Positions 12,267 through 25,515 of a stretch of DNA of 64,000 bases are shown piece after piece. The position numbers were made by a program, and so were the translations under genes. Position 1 is the stretch's first letter. Each line of letters begins with the position of its first letter. A model generated the notes under the pieces. That model was not told where the DNA came from. It made no database searches and saw only the letters and a list, made by a program, of their open reading frames with translations. The stretch comes from Octopus sinensis (taxonomy: Eukaryota): positions 175,708,001-175,772,000 of the forward strand of contig NC_042998.1 in the NCBI RefSeq assembly GCF_006345805.1, read 5' to 3'.

Positions 12267-12369
12267 GATGACCATATAGATTTCCAACGTAAAGGATAAA
12301 CCATTTTTAACAAATTTATATCGGTACTAGAAACCAAAAGAATTACATTGTTTCCTTATGTTATATATA

Positions 12370-13090
12370 CAGGGTGCAATGAATAAATTGTCGTCTAAAT
12401 TACACAAAAATGAAAATAACACTGATGTCTCATTTTAATAGATATATTTACCAGAATTACTTTAAAATATCTTGAGTAAATTTATTCAATAAAATCGTTA
12501 TTGTCTTCAACTACGGCCTCCAGACGACTTCGGAAACTCCTGCAACTCTTCTGGAAGGTCTCCTTGTTTAAGTTTGTGAATGCTGCCATAATCCTTGCCT
12601 TCAGTTCATCTTTGGTGTTACAAGGAGTTTTCTCGGTCCCTTGCTCAATTGCGCCCCAAACATAAATAATCAAGGGGTTGCAGTCTGGGGAGTTAGGTGG
12701 CCAGATGTTAGGGAGTGATGTGGTTGCAGAAATTGTCTGACAGCCATGACTGGGTTCTCCTGCTTGTGTGGCAGGGTGCAGGGTCCTGGTGCCAGATATA
12801 GGGTCTTCCAGCAGCCACCCTCTTGTCCCAGGACAGCACTATATCATCCAGGCACATGATGTAGGACTCCGTGTTGAGTCTGAGGCCGTGTGGGGAGATG
12901 GAGGCATTACGTCGCCATCTCTGGTGATCAGACCAAACACCATGATGTTGACTGGATGTTTGATTTTTATCACTCTTGATACATGTTTTGGGGTCACAGT
13001 AAGCCAACAGTTGTTCTGTGTGTTCACCATCTGATCCCGGTAGAACATTTTCTCGTCTGAGAAAAACCAGAGGTGAAATCTTTTACTCAT
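12370..13090 (-). mobile_element. DD37D (maT) transposon, 3' half
   Basis: TA|CAGGGTGCAATGAATAAATTGTCGTC terminus; WFFSDEKMF...QD-PAPCHTSRRTQSWLSDNFCNHITPNIWPPNSPDCNPL-D (37 residues after frame correction). Confidence 0.88.
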
Positions 13091-14364
13091 TTCCTAGCAG
13101 TCATTCACAGATGAACTTAGCTATCTACAGAATGAATAACAGAACTGCAAATGATCTGTGTACAACTTAAAAAAGTTTATCTTTGTAACAATAAAATATC
13201 AGTTACTATTTTTCTTGTCATTTATTTGGAGTATACAAATTTGCTAAAATTTTGGTGACCTTCCGACTCAAGAACTGCAACCTTCTCTACGAAATGTTGA
13301 TTTATATTACTATTTCTATTAAAATGTATGAAACAAAGCTAATTAAAATATGAAAATAAGCATGGATGTTTAGGACTAAATTATGAAAATGATTTGGAAA
13401 GACAAAGGGTTAACACTGCTTGTTTCTCATTGATGATTTTATACAAGCGCTGTGTTTACCTTGACTCTTAACTCTTTGAATCTCTCTAGTTCCTTCTGTT
13501 ATGTATGTGACTATCCAACTTTTAAATCTCGAGAACGTAAACATTAGTAAACAAAATGTTATGAACTTTATATTGAATGTAAAGTGGATGATAAGGTTAA
13601 GTGTAATCCCATATTTGTTGTGCAGCGACATAAGTAAGACTTCTTTAAGAAGCTAGCTAAATTGCACGTCATATGCCATTTATCGTTTCTGTCTCGCAAG
13701 TAATTAAATAACTTAATTTACCGCCTGTAATGAGACCAGTTCACTTACAGTACTCAACTTCCACCACCAAATTTTTCTGAGTACGATACTTTACGTGACA
13801 ACTAGTCAAAGGGGGCTGGAGCTTATCACGAAGAAAAAGATGAAACTAGTTCTTCTAGTGTTAATATACTGTGTTACTAACACAAGGAATGACCTAGTTC
13901 GTGACATGAATTGACCTAAGAAGTTCGCTAAAAATATTAGATTCAAGATTGAAGAGTTGGAATTAGCTACTGTGTGATACATTAGTTTGTGTCTTTTGTG
14001 GCCATCATGATGAATTCAAAGAATGTTTCTGCCATGAAATTGGACCAGATACGTAAATGTTATTAACGAGTTTAAATTTTAAAAAAATAAATAAATAAAT
14101 AAAAATAAAAAATACAAACTACATGAATCAGGTATTTTCTTGTTTGGGACAAAATTTTTCTTCCTTTTGTTTTTCTTTTTGTTCCTCATCTCTAGATTAA
14201 ACTAGAAATTATATTAAATAGAATCTATGTGATTGAAAAATAAAACAAAGAAACACGTTTTCTTAAGTCTTGTAGGAATCAATATTCTGTTTTCATAAGC
14301 AGGATTCAGGTAAATTATTATTTGTTCGAGCTAATTCAAGTAATTTATTATTTGTTTTAGTATT

Positions 14365-14646
14365 GTTTGTTCCTTCTCGAGCCATGCCTGGCTCATCAGG
14401 GCCAGTTTCCCGGTTTCCGTGGCATATAGGTTCCCCACCTGGACGGGACGTCGGTAGTTGCAAGATGCAGGAGGAAAGAGTGAGAGAAAGTTGTGGCGAA
14501 AGAGTCAGCAGAAGTTCGTCATTACCTTCTGCCGGAGCCGCGTGGAGCTGAGCTCATAAACACACATATCGCCCGGTCTGAGATTCGAACCCGCGATCCC
14601 TCGACCGCGAGTCTGCTGTTCTAACCACTAGGCCATGTGCCTCCAC
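14365..14646 (-). mobile_element. Mosaic SINE: family C head/body plus family D-like tail
   Basis: tRNA(Arg)-like head and GCCACAACTTTCTCTCACTC body as in 1275-1657, followed by GTCCCGTCCAGGTGGGGAAC...GGAAACCGGGAAAC as in 1046-1140; second copy at 21855-22148. Confidence 0.75.
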
Positions 14647-14689
14647 GTTTTAGTACTTTATGTACTACTTATTCTTTTAAATTAGTTTC

Positions 14690-14880
14690 AAATTTTGGCT
14701 CATGGCCAGCAATTTTCGGAAAGGGGTAAGTCGATTACATCAACCCTAGTGTTCAACTGCTACTAATTTTATCGACCTCGAAAGGATGAAAGGCAAAGTC
14801 GACCTTGGCAGCGTTTGAACTCAGAACTTCAAGTTGGAAGACATGACGGCGTGCTAACGATTCAGCCATCTCATTGCCTT
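14690..14880 (-). mobile_element. Family A SINE, short-tail variant, diverged
   Basis: Family A core plus tail CCCCTTTCCGAAAATTGCTGGCCATGAGCCAAAATTTGAAAC. Confidence 0.7.
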
Positions 14881-15884
14881 TGATATTTTTTATACATTGT
14901 TCTGATTTCTTGTGTCTTCTAGTATATTCTTGTATTTTTTGTTCGCTCATGTCTACCTGCAGCTTCTTCATTATGTCCCTTGATTGGCTAAGTCATTCCT
15001 CATACTTTAATTGATAACATTGGTAACAAGTCTTTAGATGGTCTGTTAGTATCATGGTTGTGAAGCCATTTAAATATGACTATTCAGAAGGCTGTTATAT
15101 TATTTGACAGGAACTCGGTATAAAGAATACATAAAACGAGGCCGAAACTTTAAATGTCCTTAATGCGGCCACACGTATATATGCAAGCTGAATGATAAAT
15201 GGAAATGGTTTGATGCGTGGAGGCCATGAGCTTCTCTTGTGCGTTACCATCTGCTTGCTAATCGCTGCGTGTCGTGAGAGAGCCAGTTGGGTCATGTTTT
15301 CACAGTCTGGCGTCTCGATGCAAAAAGAGAAAGTCGCAAGGCCTCGTGTCAGAATCTCACGCTCTAGCGCCATCTAGTGCAAGTTTGTTTAAACCCGCTG
15401 TCAAGAGAGGTAACTGCGCCAACAAGACTATTCGAAAGTTATCAGTGACTGGCTTCCTATCTAAAGCAAAGGTACACAACAAGATTCACGAAAGTATAAG
15501 TTTGATTTAATAGATATACGATTTTTAAGTGTCTAAAACATGATTCGAACTCATCGCGGAATCGTTAGATTTCAGTACATAATTTATTAAACAATTGGAA
15601 TGACATGATTACTCGTCCTATTAAGGAATAAAAAAGAAATGAACTTCGTAAACGTTTAAAATGAAATGTCACCCTGTTATTATTCCACCACGGCCAATCC
15701 CATCCTCAATTGGTTTTCAAGTGTAAGACCTTTGTACTTATGCATCGAGACCTTTGTAAAGGAATCAACAATATTTGAGTGGTTCACGTCATCTTCGACA
15801 GAAATAAACATAACATTAACATTGACATATTCACTGCCATTGTTCTAAAACGTGTGCTGATTCTGAAACAGAGCAGGTTACTGC

Positions 15885-16165
15885 CGTAGGACTCGAGGTC
15901 TAACTGCAAGATATTCAGTTAAGGATTACGTGTGACCGGCCACAGTTTCACGTGATTGATCTATAAATCGACTAATCAGCGTGAAGCTGTGGCGTTCTAG
16001 AGTTCCCCATATGATCTAAAATTCTTTCCCTTTCAGACTGTAAAAACCGTTTGATGGCTTCGGGCATTCGTGCAGACTATCTTGACTAATCCCCGAAGGC
16101 TGACCGCTAAGACCGGACAACCTTGAGCAAGAAATGACTTCGAACACTCACACACGATGTATTTC
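15885..16165 (+). mobile_element. LTR-like dispersed repeat, copy 2 (truncated)
   Basis: Aligns to the reverse complement of 5300-5589. Confidence 0.45.
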
Positions 16166-16311
16166 GGCACTCCCCCTACTCTCTGTACTCTGAATTCAAA
16201 TTCCACCGAGACCTTCTTTGTATTTCCTCCATTTAGGGTCGATAAAAAAAGTACTAATTCAGAATTGTAAAAGCGTTGGATGGAATATTTGGCGGTATCT
16301 GTTCTGGATCT

Positions 16312-16545
16312 AAGGCGGCGAGCTGGCAGAAACGTTAGCGCGCCGGGCGAAATGCGTAGCCGTATTTCGTCTGCCGTTACGTTCTGAGTTTAAATTCCGC
16401 CGAGGTCGACTTTGCCTTTCATCCTTCCGGGGTCGATAAATTAAGTACCAGTTACGCACTGGGGTCGATGTAATCGACTTAATCCGTTTGTCTGTCCTTG
16501 TTTGTCCTCTCTGTGTTTAGCTCCTTGTGGGTAGTAAAGAAATAG
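16312..16545 (+). mobile_element. Family A SINE, long-tail variant
   Basis: Complete head to AAAGAAATAG tail; TSD GTATCTGTTC(T/C)GGATCT at 16295-16311 and 16546-16562; the right flank continues into an older family A-like remnant. Confidence 0.9.
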
Positions 16546-18869
16546 GTATCTGTTCCGGATCTGGGCATTCTGAATTCAAATTCAGCCTCCTTACCGAAAA
16601 ACGTCGAAACTTCTGTCGAGTTGTGGCCGATAATTACTATGAGTAAAACCAATGGAAATATAACTTTCTTGACGCAGTCGGAAGATAAACTGTCACCAAC
16701 ACTTTGCATCTTAATGAAAGAATTGGCAAAGCTGCGTGGGACTGATGATAGGGCAACTTTTAGTTGGTTGAAAGGATTAGTATATGTGGTTATTAGCTAA
16801 ATTTCATGTTGAAAAAAAAAAAAAAAAAACAAAACAAAAAAACCCCATAGTACCAGTAAGTAGTAGAAAGCAGTGATGTTATTTTCAATGTATGATTTGC
16901 CAGAAGCAGATATTTTCAATATCTACGTAGAATTTATAAAATTCCAGAATAGATGAGCTGCTAAATTTCAATATCTACCAAGTATCATTCGTGTATAAGA
17001 GAATTAAGCCGTGTTACCAAGAGTCAGGAGCTTCATTTGGCTTCATATCAAAAACAGTTTCGCATATTCGTGGTCCTTGCTTATGATTTGGTGAATTTCG
17101 AAACCTCTTTTGAAACTGGTTTCGTAGAATGAATGCCCCGTAGCATTCTTCCCCACAAAGATTCCAGTTTCTGTTAATTCCTGCTTGCAAAGTGTCCCAT
17201 GCAGTGGGTTTTGCTTTTTTTAAATATATAGTTTTTTCAGTGGAGTTAGGAACAACTGCACCAGTAATTCAGTGCTGCTGATATGAGCAAGAAGAGAGGT
17301 AATAAGATAATCCGGTCTTTATCGTTTTGTAGTGAGATATGAAAGCACTACTTTGTCGTGGTGGTATAGCATAGTCGTGTTATGCCCATTGATCCATTTA
17401 TTGCTGGTTGCGGAAGGATACATGAGGAAACTTCCGCCCAGCAGTAAAACGCGCCTTTTCCAAAGAGCTAAAACAGTTGCAGCATTGACGGCGAGGAAGC
17501 AACATTACTTTCTACAACGTGGCACCTGTTTTATGTTCACCACTAGCTTAATCGGCTGCAGATTTAACGGCCCTAGCGCTACATCAATCTTTCTGCTATG
17601 CATTTATTACAGCATTTACAACCAACGTCGCGCAGATCATTTCATTTTTATCAGATTTCATTTTTGCGGCTTATAAGCACCATCTTAAACATTTAGTAAG
17701 TAATGAGAAATTCATTCATGTCTCACTACACATTTCTCATTCTCCCATCGCACTACACACTTTTTAACTCTTACATACCAACTTAAGTGGTATTTTTTTT
17801 ATTGCAACGCATGTGAATAACACTAAAGGAATAAATCCCTATATTTTATTACCAACTTGCCTTCTGATGCTTCATTTTACATTCACGTCATGCACGTTAT
17901 AGTGGTACCCGTTAAATTGGTGGTTACCAATCCACTGCGCTGTGTCCACCATTGGTGACTTTTCCACGTATTATCTTATTGTTAAAGTTTCAAACTTACA
18001 TTTATATCACTTGAGGTATCGATAAAAACGCTCAGTCCTATAAACCATTTTTGATTCTCTAATTCTTTAACAGTCATGAAGAGTTTCACTTCATATTTTA
18101 GCACATAGAAGAGCTTGGACATTTAGTTTTTGCTTAGCTAATAACCCTCTCAATGTTACAATAAGTCACCATATACCGCGTTTAGGTCCTCCAAAATTTC
18201 TTGTTATTGAATTTCTTATATTTTTTCTTTTAAGTTAATACTTTTTCTTACTACTTTCTTCACATTGTTCAATCTTAAAGAACATCCATGTAAATTTTAT
18301 TAGTGAATAAGAGAACGATTTGTAGAGTTCATGCTATCATTCGACTAGCTAGATAAACAAAAAGACAAGATAGTTAAAGATGAAATGTCTTTAATCATGG
18401 CTTTGCTCCATCGACTGACGCAGAGCTAAACAACCGCTAAGTTATCTCAAGGTCAAATCAAAATCAAAACATCAGCATATGTAAAGCAGGCTCAAAACGA
18501 TTACATTTTATCAGCGCTGTAAGTATCAAGGAACTGATAAACATTCGTTTAAATCGATATCATAATTCACGTTTAAATCTCGATAGTAATATTCTTCTGA
18601 TAACAAATGGGACAAACCACAATCTACGTGCATTGAAAACAAATATCTTCTGAAATAATAAGATATTGAAAGAAGTTATCTTCCCACAAAGAAACGGTTT
18701 CGATCTGTTTTACAAAATTGGATGATGCCTTTTTATAATTCTTATTTAACCAGAGATAAAGCTTCTATGACTGAAGCAAAAAAATTATCCCCAGCAACTC
18801 TTTTCCTTTTATTCATACTAACCATTGCAGAACAGGTTGTTTCTATGCAGTTTACAATATTAATTAAAA

Positions 18870-19229
18870 ATTTCACTAAGGTCGACTTTGCTTTTCATCT
18901 TTTTGGGGTCGATAAAATAAGTACCAGTGCTGGGGTCGATGTAATCGACTTACCCCTTCCCCGAAATAGCTGGCCATGTGCCAAAATATGAAACCAATAT
19001 TAATTTAAGACTTAGGGCGGTGATCTGGCGGAATCGTTAGCACGCCGGACAAAATGCTTGGCAGTATTTCGTCCGTCTTTACGTTCCGAGTTCAAATTCC
19101 ACCGAGGTCGACTATGTCTTTCATTATTTCGTGGTCGATAAAATAAGTACCAGTTGAATACTGGGGTGGATGTAATCGACTTAGCCTCTCTTCCGAAATT
19201 GCCGGCCACGCCCCAACATTTGAAATCAA
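18870..19229 (+). mobile_element. Two adjacent family A SINEs (short-tail variant)
   Basis: 5'-truncated copy 18870-18990 and full copy ~19012-19229 flanked by TTAATTTAAGACTTA on both sides. Confidence 0.85.
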
Positions 19230-19659
19230 TTTTAATTTAAGACTTACAACAGAAGTAGGTAAATGAATTGTAAAATGCTGCTAGCATTCAAAATTATTAC
19301 AGTTAATTAGTAAAGACAATAACCAATAATCAGCCTAGACATAACTTAGTTTCATACTGACTATTCATTCTCATTCACAATATCTAACAAGACAAAACAA
19401 AAACACAAAAAAACCCCTACAGCGGGGTGTTTGGTGGGAACGAAAACAACAACATAATAATAATACGAATTGGCTGTAATAAAGGTCTGACTATTATGTT
19501 ACCAATTCTGATGTATTCCGACTCAAGATTACCATCAGACGATAAGCATTGGTGGTGGTGGCAGTTGATATTTCGAGGATCGGAAGAAATATCACATAGT
19601 ATTCTGTCTAACACTCTAACGACTTTCTCTAAGATGCAAAGGAATAACATTATATATAT

Positions 19660-20830
19660 ATATATCACGCGATTTTGTCCCAAACAGGGTTTGAGGCCAT
19701 TGTAGTGTAAGGGACTTCAAAAGAAGGAAAAGAGGTGGCCTACAAATCCAAAAGATTTTGATTGATAGTAAATTTAAAAGACTGGATGTCATAGACCAGA
19801 GGAAAATAAGACGATGGTCTTTAGTTCCAGAAAGCAACAGTTCGAGGAAAGAAGTTACTATAATAAAAGGACCTATGGATTAACAAGAATCTCAACAGAG
19901 AAGCGATGCTCCTGAGAAGAGAAGCGGGTGACACGTTCAAAGGTGTTGACAGAGGTTACTTGACCAGAAAGGTCATCAGAGCAATGACTATGAAAATACT
20001 TATAGAAAAAAAAAACACAAAGAAGATACATTTTGTCTATAAACCAAAGACTCTAGTCCAGTAGACAAAGATCAACTCGATTCTGAATTCTATCAAGCCA
20101 GTTAAGACACTCAGAGAAGGCGCCAGCTCAAAGATGACAACAATATTCAATGCAAGGTCAAATGGTGACATTGTAGAGATAAAAGATACTCTTTGGAGTA
20201 AGACATTTGCGAGAACAGAAGAGAAATTCAGCATTCTTGGCATCTGATATGGCTATAGACTGAACATATTTGTTCCAAGAGAGAGATCCTTGGTCAAAGT
20301 CAAACCAAGAAGTCGGATGCTGTAGCTTTCTGGAAGATCAAATTCACCGATAGTTATGGAGGTAAGTGATGACTGCCTATAATGATTAATTGCCGTAAGC
20401 TTTGTCATGCTAACATTAAAAGTCACCAGCCAGTTACAACTCCGTGAACATGTGAAGATAGAGATGAAATGTAGCTTGCTCAAGGCTACTAGCTTTGTCA
20501 GGACAGGTGTAAACAGTGGTGTCATCGGTATATATAGCGAGTTTAGAAATAAGGTCATTAATGAAAAAAAGTCATTAATGAAAAAGCGAAAAAGAGTAGG
20601 GCCATGTACAGAACCTTGAAGCACTCCAGTATTGACAGCATATGACTTTGACTGCCAACCATCAAAGACCACCTTGATTTTGCGATTTAAAAGAAACGAC
20701 TTCCTGATGTTAAGGAAAAGCTCAGACAAGTTATAGCCTCTGAACTTATGGATCAGCCCAGCGTGCAACGCTCTGTCAAAATAATTAATAAAGAACTGTT
20801 TAGCAATCAGTTCAGCCCTGTCTTAAAGTT
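19660..20830 (-). mobile_element. CR1/L2-group LINE, decayed RT and 3' end
   Basis: ORF 20253-20768: FLLNRKIKVVFDGWQSKSYAVNTGVLQGSVHGPTLFRFFIND matches the CR1/L2/Jockey RT GVPQGSVLGPxLFxxFIND motif. Confidence 0.85.
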
Positions 20831-21024
20831 GTAAAGAGCCGGAAGAAATGCCGCTAAACATTTTGTTCGATGCGCTCGCAATTCTTCAAAGCGTACGTGA
20901 CATCGGCAATGGAATATTGCTCCCACATCACAAAATGCATCTAAAAAGGAAACTATCTGTCTGTTTGATAAATAGTCACTCATTTATACACTTCAGCTTC
21001 TTGTTCGGAGACACACTATCTCCT

Positions 21025-21258
21025 CTTTATTTCTTTATTGCCCACAAGAAGCTAAACATAGAGGGGACAAACAAGGGCCGACAAATGGATTAAGTCGACT
21101 ATATCGACCCCAGTGCGTAACTGGTACTTAATTTGTCGACCTCGAAAGGATGAAAGGCAAAGTCGACCTCGGCGGAATTTGAACGCAGAACGTAACGGCA
21201 GACGAAATACCGCTAAGCATTTCGCCCGGCGTGCTAACGTTTCTGCCAGCTCGCCGCC
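21025..21258 (-). mobile_element. Family A SINE, long-tail variant
   Basis: Full head and tail; CTATCTCC repeated at both flanks. Confidence 0.88.
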
Positions 21259-21854
21259 TATCTCCCCTTTCTATCTACTACATCGCTCCTACAATGATCT
21301 ATACTTTTTTTAAAGTAGTTAATTGCATATAAGCTATTTCTAAAGAATCAAACTCATTGTAACTCCGTCCTCACCCAAGTTTTCTCTGCAACCGTCAACA
21401 AACATATGTTAAAGTTGAATATCAACCATATTGATCTCACCAACCAAGGAGGGGAGCAAATCTCTTGGTTTCTGCTCCTTTCTCCAAATTAAGACAAAAA
21501 TAAACCATTATCAACAGCTTCAGTAACAACTACTGTAGAATGAAAGACAATTAAGAACATCGTTAAGAACGATCTTAATTTTTTTTATTGCTATCATGTT
21601 ATTATAATCTCAACATTAAAAAAAAAGTAAGTTATCTTCTAGGTCTGGACTTATCTATGAGGACTTGCACTTGTTACCGTGTATTACTTCCTTTTGCTTT
21701 CCTTCAAATATTCCAGTGTTTTTAGGGACTTGGAGGTTGTTTTGTTAGATGGGGATAAATAGTTAATTAGACCATAGTCATTTAATAGATGTCTGAAGGA
21801 TACGGAGTAGAGTTAACATAAATTAGATTTAAAATGAGAACAGGGAGCCATTTT

Positions 21855-22148
21855 GTTCCTTCTCGAGCCATGTCTGGCTCATAAGGGCCGGTTTCACGGT
21901 TTTCTTGGCGTATAGGTTCCCCACCTTGACGGGATGCCTGTCCGTCGTAGGTGAGCTGCACGATGCAGGCGGAAAGAGTGAGAGAAAATTGTGGCGAAAG
22001 AGTCAGCAGAAGTTCGCCATTACCTTCTGCTGGAGCCGCGTGGAGTTTAGGTGTTTTCGCTCATAAACACACACACCGCCCGGTCTGAGATTCGAACCCG
22101 CGATCCCTCAACCGCGAATCCGCTGCTCTAACCACTAAGACCATGTGC
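21855..22148 (-). mobile_element. Mosaic SINE, copy 2
   Basis: Colinear with 14365-14646. Confidence 0.75.
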
Positions 22149-23104
22149 CATTGAATTAGATACAGTCATCTTCGATAACCAATACGCTCACGTTGGTAAT
22201 ATAGGTAAGATTATTACAACATAAAAACTCATTGAATGCAGAGCTTTATTTTCTATAATATAGAACAGTGCTTTCTGTATTTCTATTTTTTTTAAAGTAG
22301 TGATTGACCACCTGGTAAATAACATTTTTGCAACCTCTGACCGACTCTGAATGCATCTATTTGAGAGTGCAGTGGAGAAATAGATAAGTTCAGTTACCGT
22401 GATGAGTGATGGCTTTAATTTTTCGAACCCTTGCTCTTTGTCTGGAAGTGAAGAATATGAAATTGTTTCAGACGTTGTGAGCGATATACACTGCGTCCAA
22501 CATTTTTAGGCAAATCAACCTTCTCTTAATAAATAGTTTATTCTGCATCTGTTACTGTCTCCTAATTGTTCACCCATCACCTTACATGCAGGACATTTCA
22601 CCAATACCGAATACATGTTAGCGTTGGAGAGATATATTTCTTCAGAAATTAGCTCCTCTATTATTTTTATTATCACTTTTACTTCTTAGGGCGGCCATCT
22701 GGCACAATCGTTATCATGCCGGACAAAAATGCTTCGTGACATGTCTTTCTGGCTATACATTCTGGGTTCAAATTCCACCGAGGTCGACTTTACCTTTTAT
22801 CCTTTCGGAATCAGTAAAAGGAAAAAAAATAGCACTGGAGTCGACATAATCAACTAGACTCATCCCCCAAATTTCAGGCCTACTGATAAAATATTTGGTA
22901 ACAATATAAATATCAGGAACAGGACCATGAACTGTGGAGGAATACTGTGTATTGGTTACATATTGTCGTTTTGTTTAACTTACCTCTATCTGCGCTTCAC
23001 TCCATAATCCTCAATCAAAAAGTCCTCCGTCAAGCGAGTGACTACCTAGCAAAAAGCAAGCGTAGTAGCGTCTAACAGCACTAGAAACTAAAAAGGTATT
23101 CTCA

Positions 23105-23470
23105 GGAAATACTCAGCCTGTGTGAAGGCGCATGACTCAGTGGTTAGAGCGTCGAGCTTACGATCGTGAGGTTGTAAGTTCGATTCCCGGACCGGGCTGC
23201 GTGTTGTATTCTTGAGCAAGATACTTTTACGTTGTAAAAGATAATTTTACGTTGCTCCAGTTAACTCAGCTGTAGAAATGAGTTGCGACATCACTGGTGC
23301 CAAGCTGTATCGGCCCCTTTGCCTTCCCCTTGGATAACATCAGTGGTGTGGAGAGGGGAGGCTGGTATGCATGGGCGACTGCTGGCCTTCCATAAACAAC
23401 CTTGCCCGGACTTGTACCTCGGAGGGTAACTTTCTAGGTGCAATCCCATGGTCATTCATGACCGGTGGGG
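23105..23470 (+). mobile_element. tRNA-derived SINE related to family D, different tail
   Basis: A box TGACTCAGTGGTTAG, B box AGTTCGATTCCC, shared GTTGTATTCTTGAGCAA...ACGTTGCTCCAG body. Confidence 0.7.
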
Positions 23471-23499
23471 GTCTCCCCACTCAGCCTGTGCATCTTTTA

Positions 23500-23717
23500 C
23501 TTTTTTCTTTTACTTGTTTCAGTCATCAGACTGCGGCCATACTGGGTCACCGCCTCGAAGAATTTTTAACCGAATGAATCGACCCTTTGAAGTATGTTTT
23601 AAGCCTGGTACTTATTCTATTGGTGTATTTTGACGAACCGTTAAGTTATGGGAATACAAACACACCAGCACCTGTTGTCAAGCGTGGTGGTGGGACAAAT
23701 GCACACACACACACACT

Positions 23718-23750
<33 letters not shown>

Positions 23751-23905
23751 GAGGGCTTCTTTCAGTTTCCGACTACCAAATCATCTCATAAGGCTTTGGT
23801 CGGCCCGAAGCTGTAATAGAAGATACTTGCTCAAGGTGCCACGCAGTGGGACTGAACCCAGAACCTTGTGGTTGGGAAGCAAGCGTCTTACCACACAGAT
23901 ACGCC
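23500..23905 (-). mobile_element. Family B SINE
   Basis: Colinear with other family B copies; internal (CA)n. Confidence 0.85.
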
Positions 23906-24289
23906 TGTATATGAAATCGTTCGCCCGTTATACATTAGTCAGAGAGGTGGTGGTAGAGTAAGAATGTGTGTGAGAGAGAGAGGGAGGGAGGGAGAGAGGA
24001 AGAGAGAGAGAGGGAGGGAGGAGTGAAGAAAGAAGAGAAGTAGAGAAAGGTGATTAATATTAATACATTTAGACCAAATGGTCACGTGGTCAGCTGCAGG
24101 TAGAGGTGAAGAACGAAAGAAAAAGACGACGAGGGAAGTGTTAATGATGTGCAGTAAGGTGTGTGTGTGTGGGGGGAGGAATGCTTATTATGTGGTTAAA
24201 AAGTTAGCTGAAGAGAAAGGTAGATAAAGAGAGCTGGACAGGGGAGGCAGCAATATTGAGAGAGAGAGAGAGAGAGAGTGGTGATGGTG

Positions 24290-24695
24290 AAAAGTATTTT
24301 TTAATTGAATTAATTATTTTTATAGCGACAATCGCTTAAAGCATGCGCATAAGCGCAATTTTTTTTATCGTCTGATCGCTTTAAAAATTCATATTTGTTT
24401 ATAAGGATTAATTTAGCCTAAACTCTGGATTCGCAAGAAACACGGTTGCAAGCTGCCCGAGAAAGGATGCGCAGATATAGAGCACAGATCAGAGAGGAAC
24501 AGCGAGAAAATATAATATAAGGAGTCAAAAGGCAGCATCGACGAAGACGTGAGGACATTAATGTAGACGAACGTCAAGAGTATTTAAAGAAAGCTAAACT
24601 ATGAATGGTATAAAAAAGCAAACCATCCTTTTTTTTTTCTTAAATAGGTCCTCTTAATTTTTTCCATTCCGTGGAATTTCCACGGGTCCCACTAG
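24290..24695 (+). mobile_element. Non-autonomous Helitron-like element
   Basis: 3' hairpin CCGTGGAA-T-TTCCACGG then GTCCCACTAG|T; internal R/E/Q-rich remnant (ERMRRYRAQIREEQRE) like Helitron N-termini; 5' end uncertain. Confidence 0.55.
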
Positions 24696-25189
24696 TAATG
24701 TTGAAAATGATAAATCATTAGGAGGGATTTATAAAAAAAAAATCATACTTGTAGGGCAAACGACCGTACGTAAGGAGTTGGTGACAGAAATGTCTCCTTT
24801 TTAACGCTGCTCGGTCGCCCTAACAAAAGAAGAAGCCAAATACATGATATAAAAGAATAAGTGCCAAAAGGAATAAGAAAGACGACACAACCGTTATACT
24901 GTTTGAGAGAGAAAGATAGACTTTATTTACAGGTGTTTACAATAAGAGTGTGTATGGGTGCTAGCAAAGTGGAGTGTCTGGGTGCGTGCACATGTGTGTC
25001 TGTGTGTCCGTTGTAAGTATAACAACGGTGCGTGCAACAAGTGTTTGTGTCTGTGTGTGCGACAGAAGTACAAGCAAGGTGCATGCATGTGAGACAGAAT
25101 ACAATACAGAGCATAGAATGAGTCTCTCGGGATATTTTAGACAAGATGGAGTTAACAAACAGTCACAAAAACACAAACACACACACTTT

Positions 25190-25515
25190 TAATCTTTTAC
25201 TTGTTTCAGTCATTTGATTGTGACCATGCTGGAGCACCGTCTTAAAGAAATCGACCCCAGGACTTATTCTTTGTAAGTCTCTTTTGCTGAACTGTTAAGT
25301 GACTGGGATGTAAACACACCAACATCGGTTGTCAAGTGATGGTGGGGGCCGAACACAGACACGCACGCATAAATACATACGACGGTCCTCTTTCAGTTTC
25401 CGCCTACCAAATCCACTCACAAGGCTTTGGTCAGCCTGGTGCTATAATAAAAGACACTTGCCCAAGGTGCTATGTGGTTGGGAAGCAAGCTTCTTACCAC
25501 ACAGCCACGCCTGCT
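25190..25515 (-). mobile_element. Family B SINE
   Basis: Colinear with other family B copies, small internal deletions. Confidence 0.85.

Noticed and set aside
22300-22660. Coding-looking unique sequence on both strands
   Set aside because: All frames I translated are interrupted by stops and match no family I recognise; a tBLASTx search would be needed.
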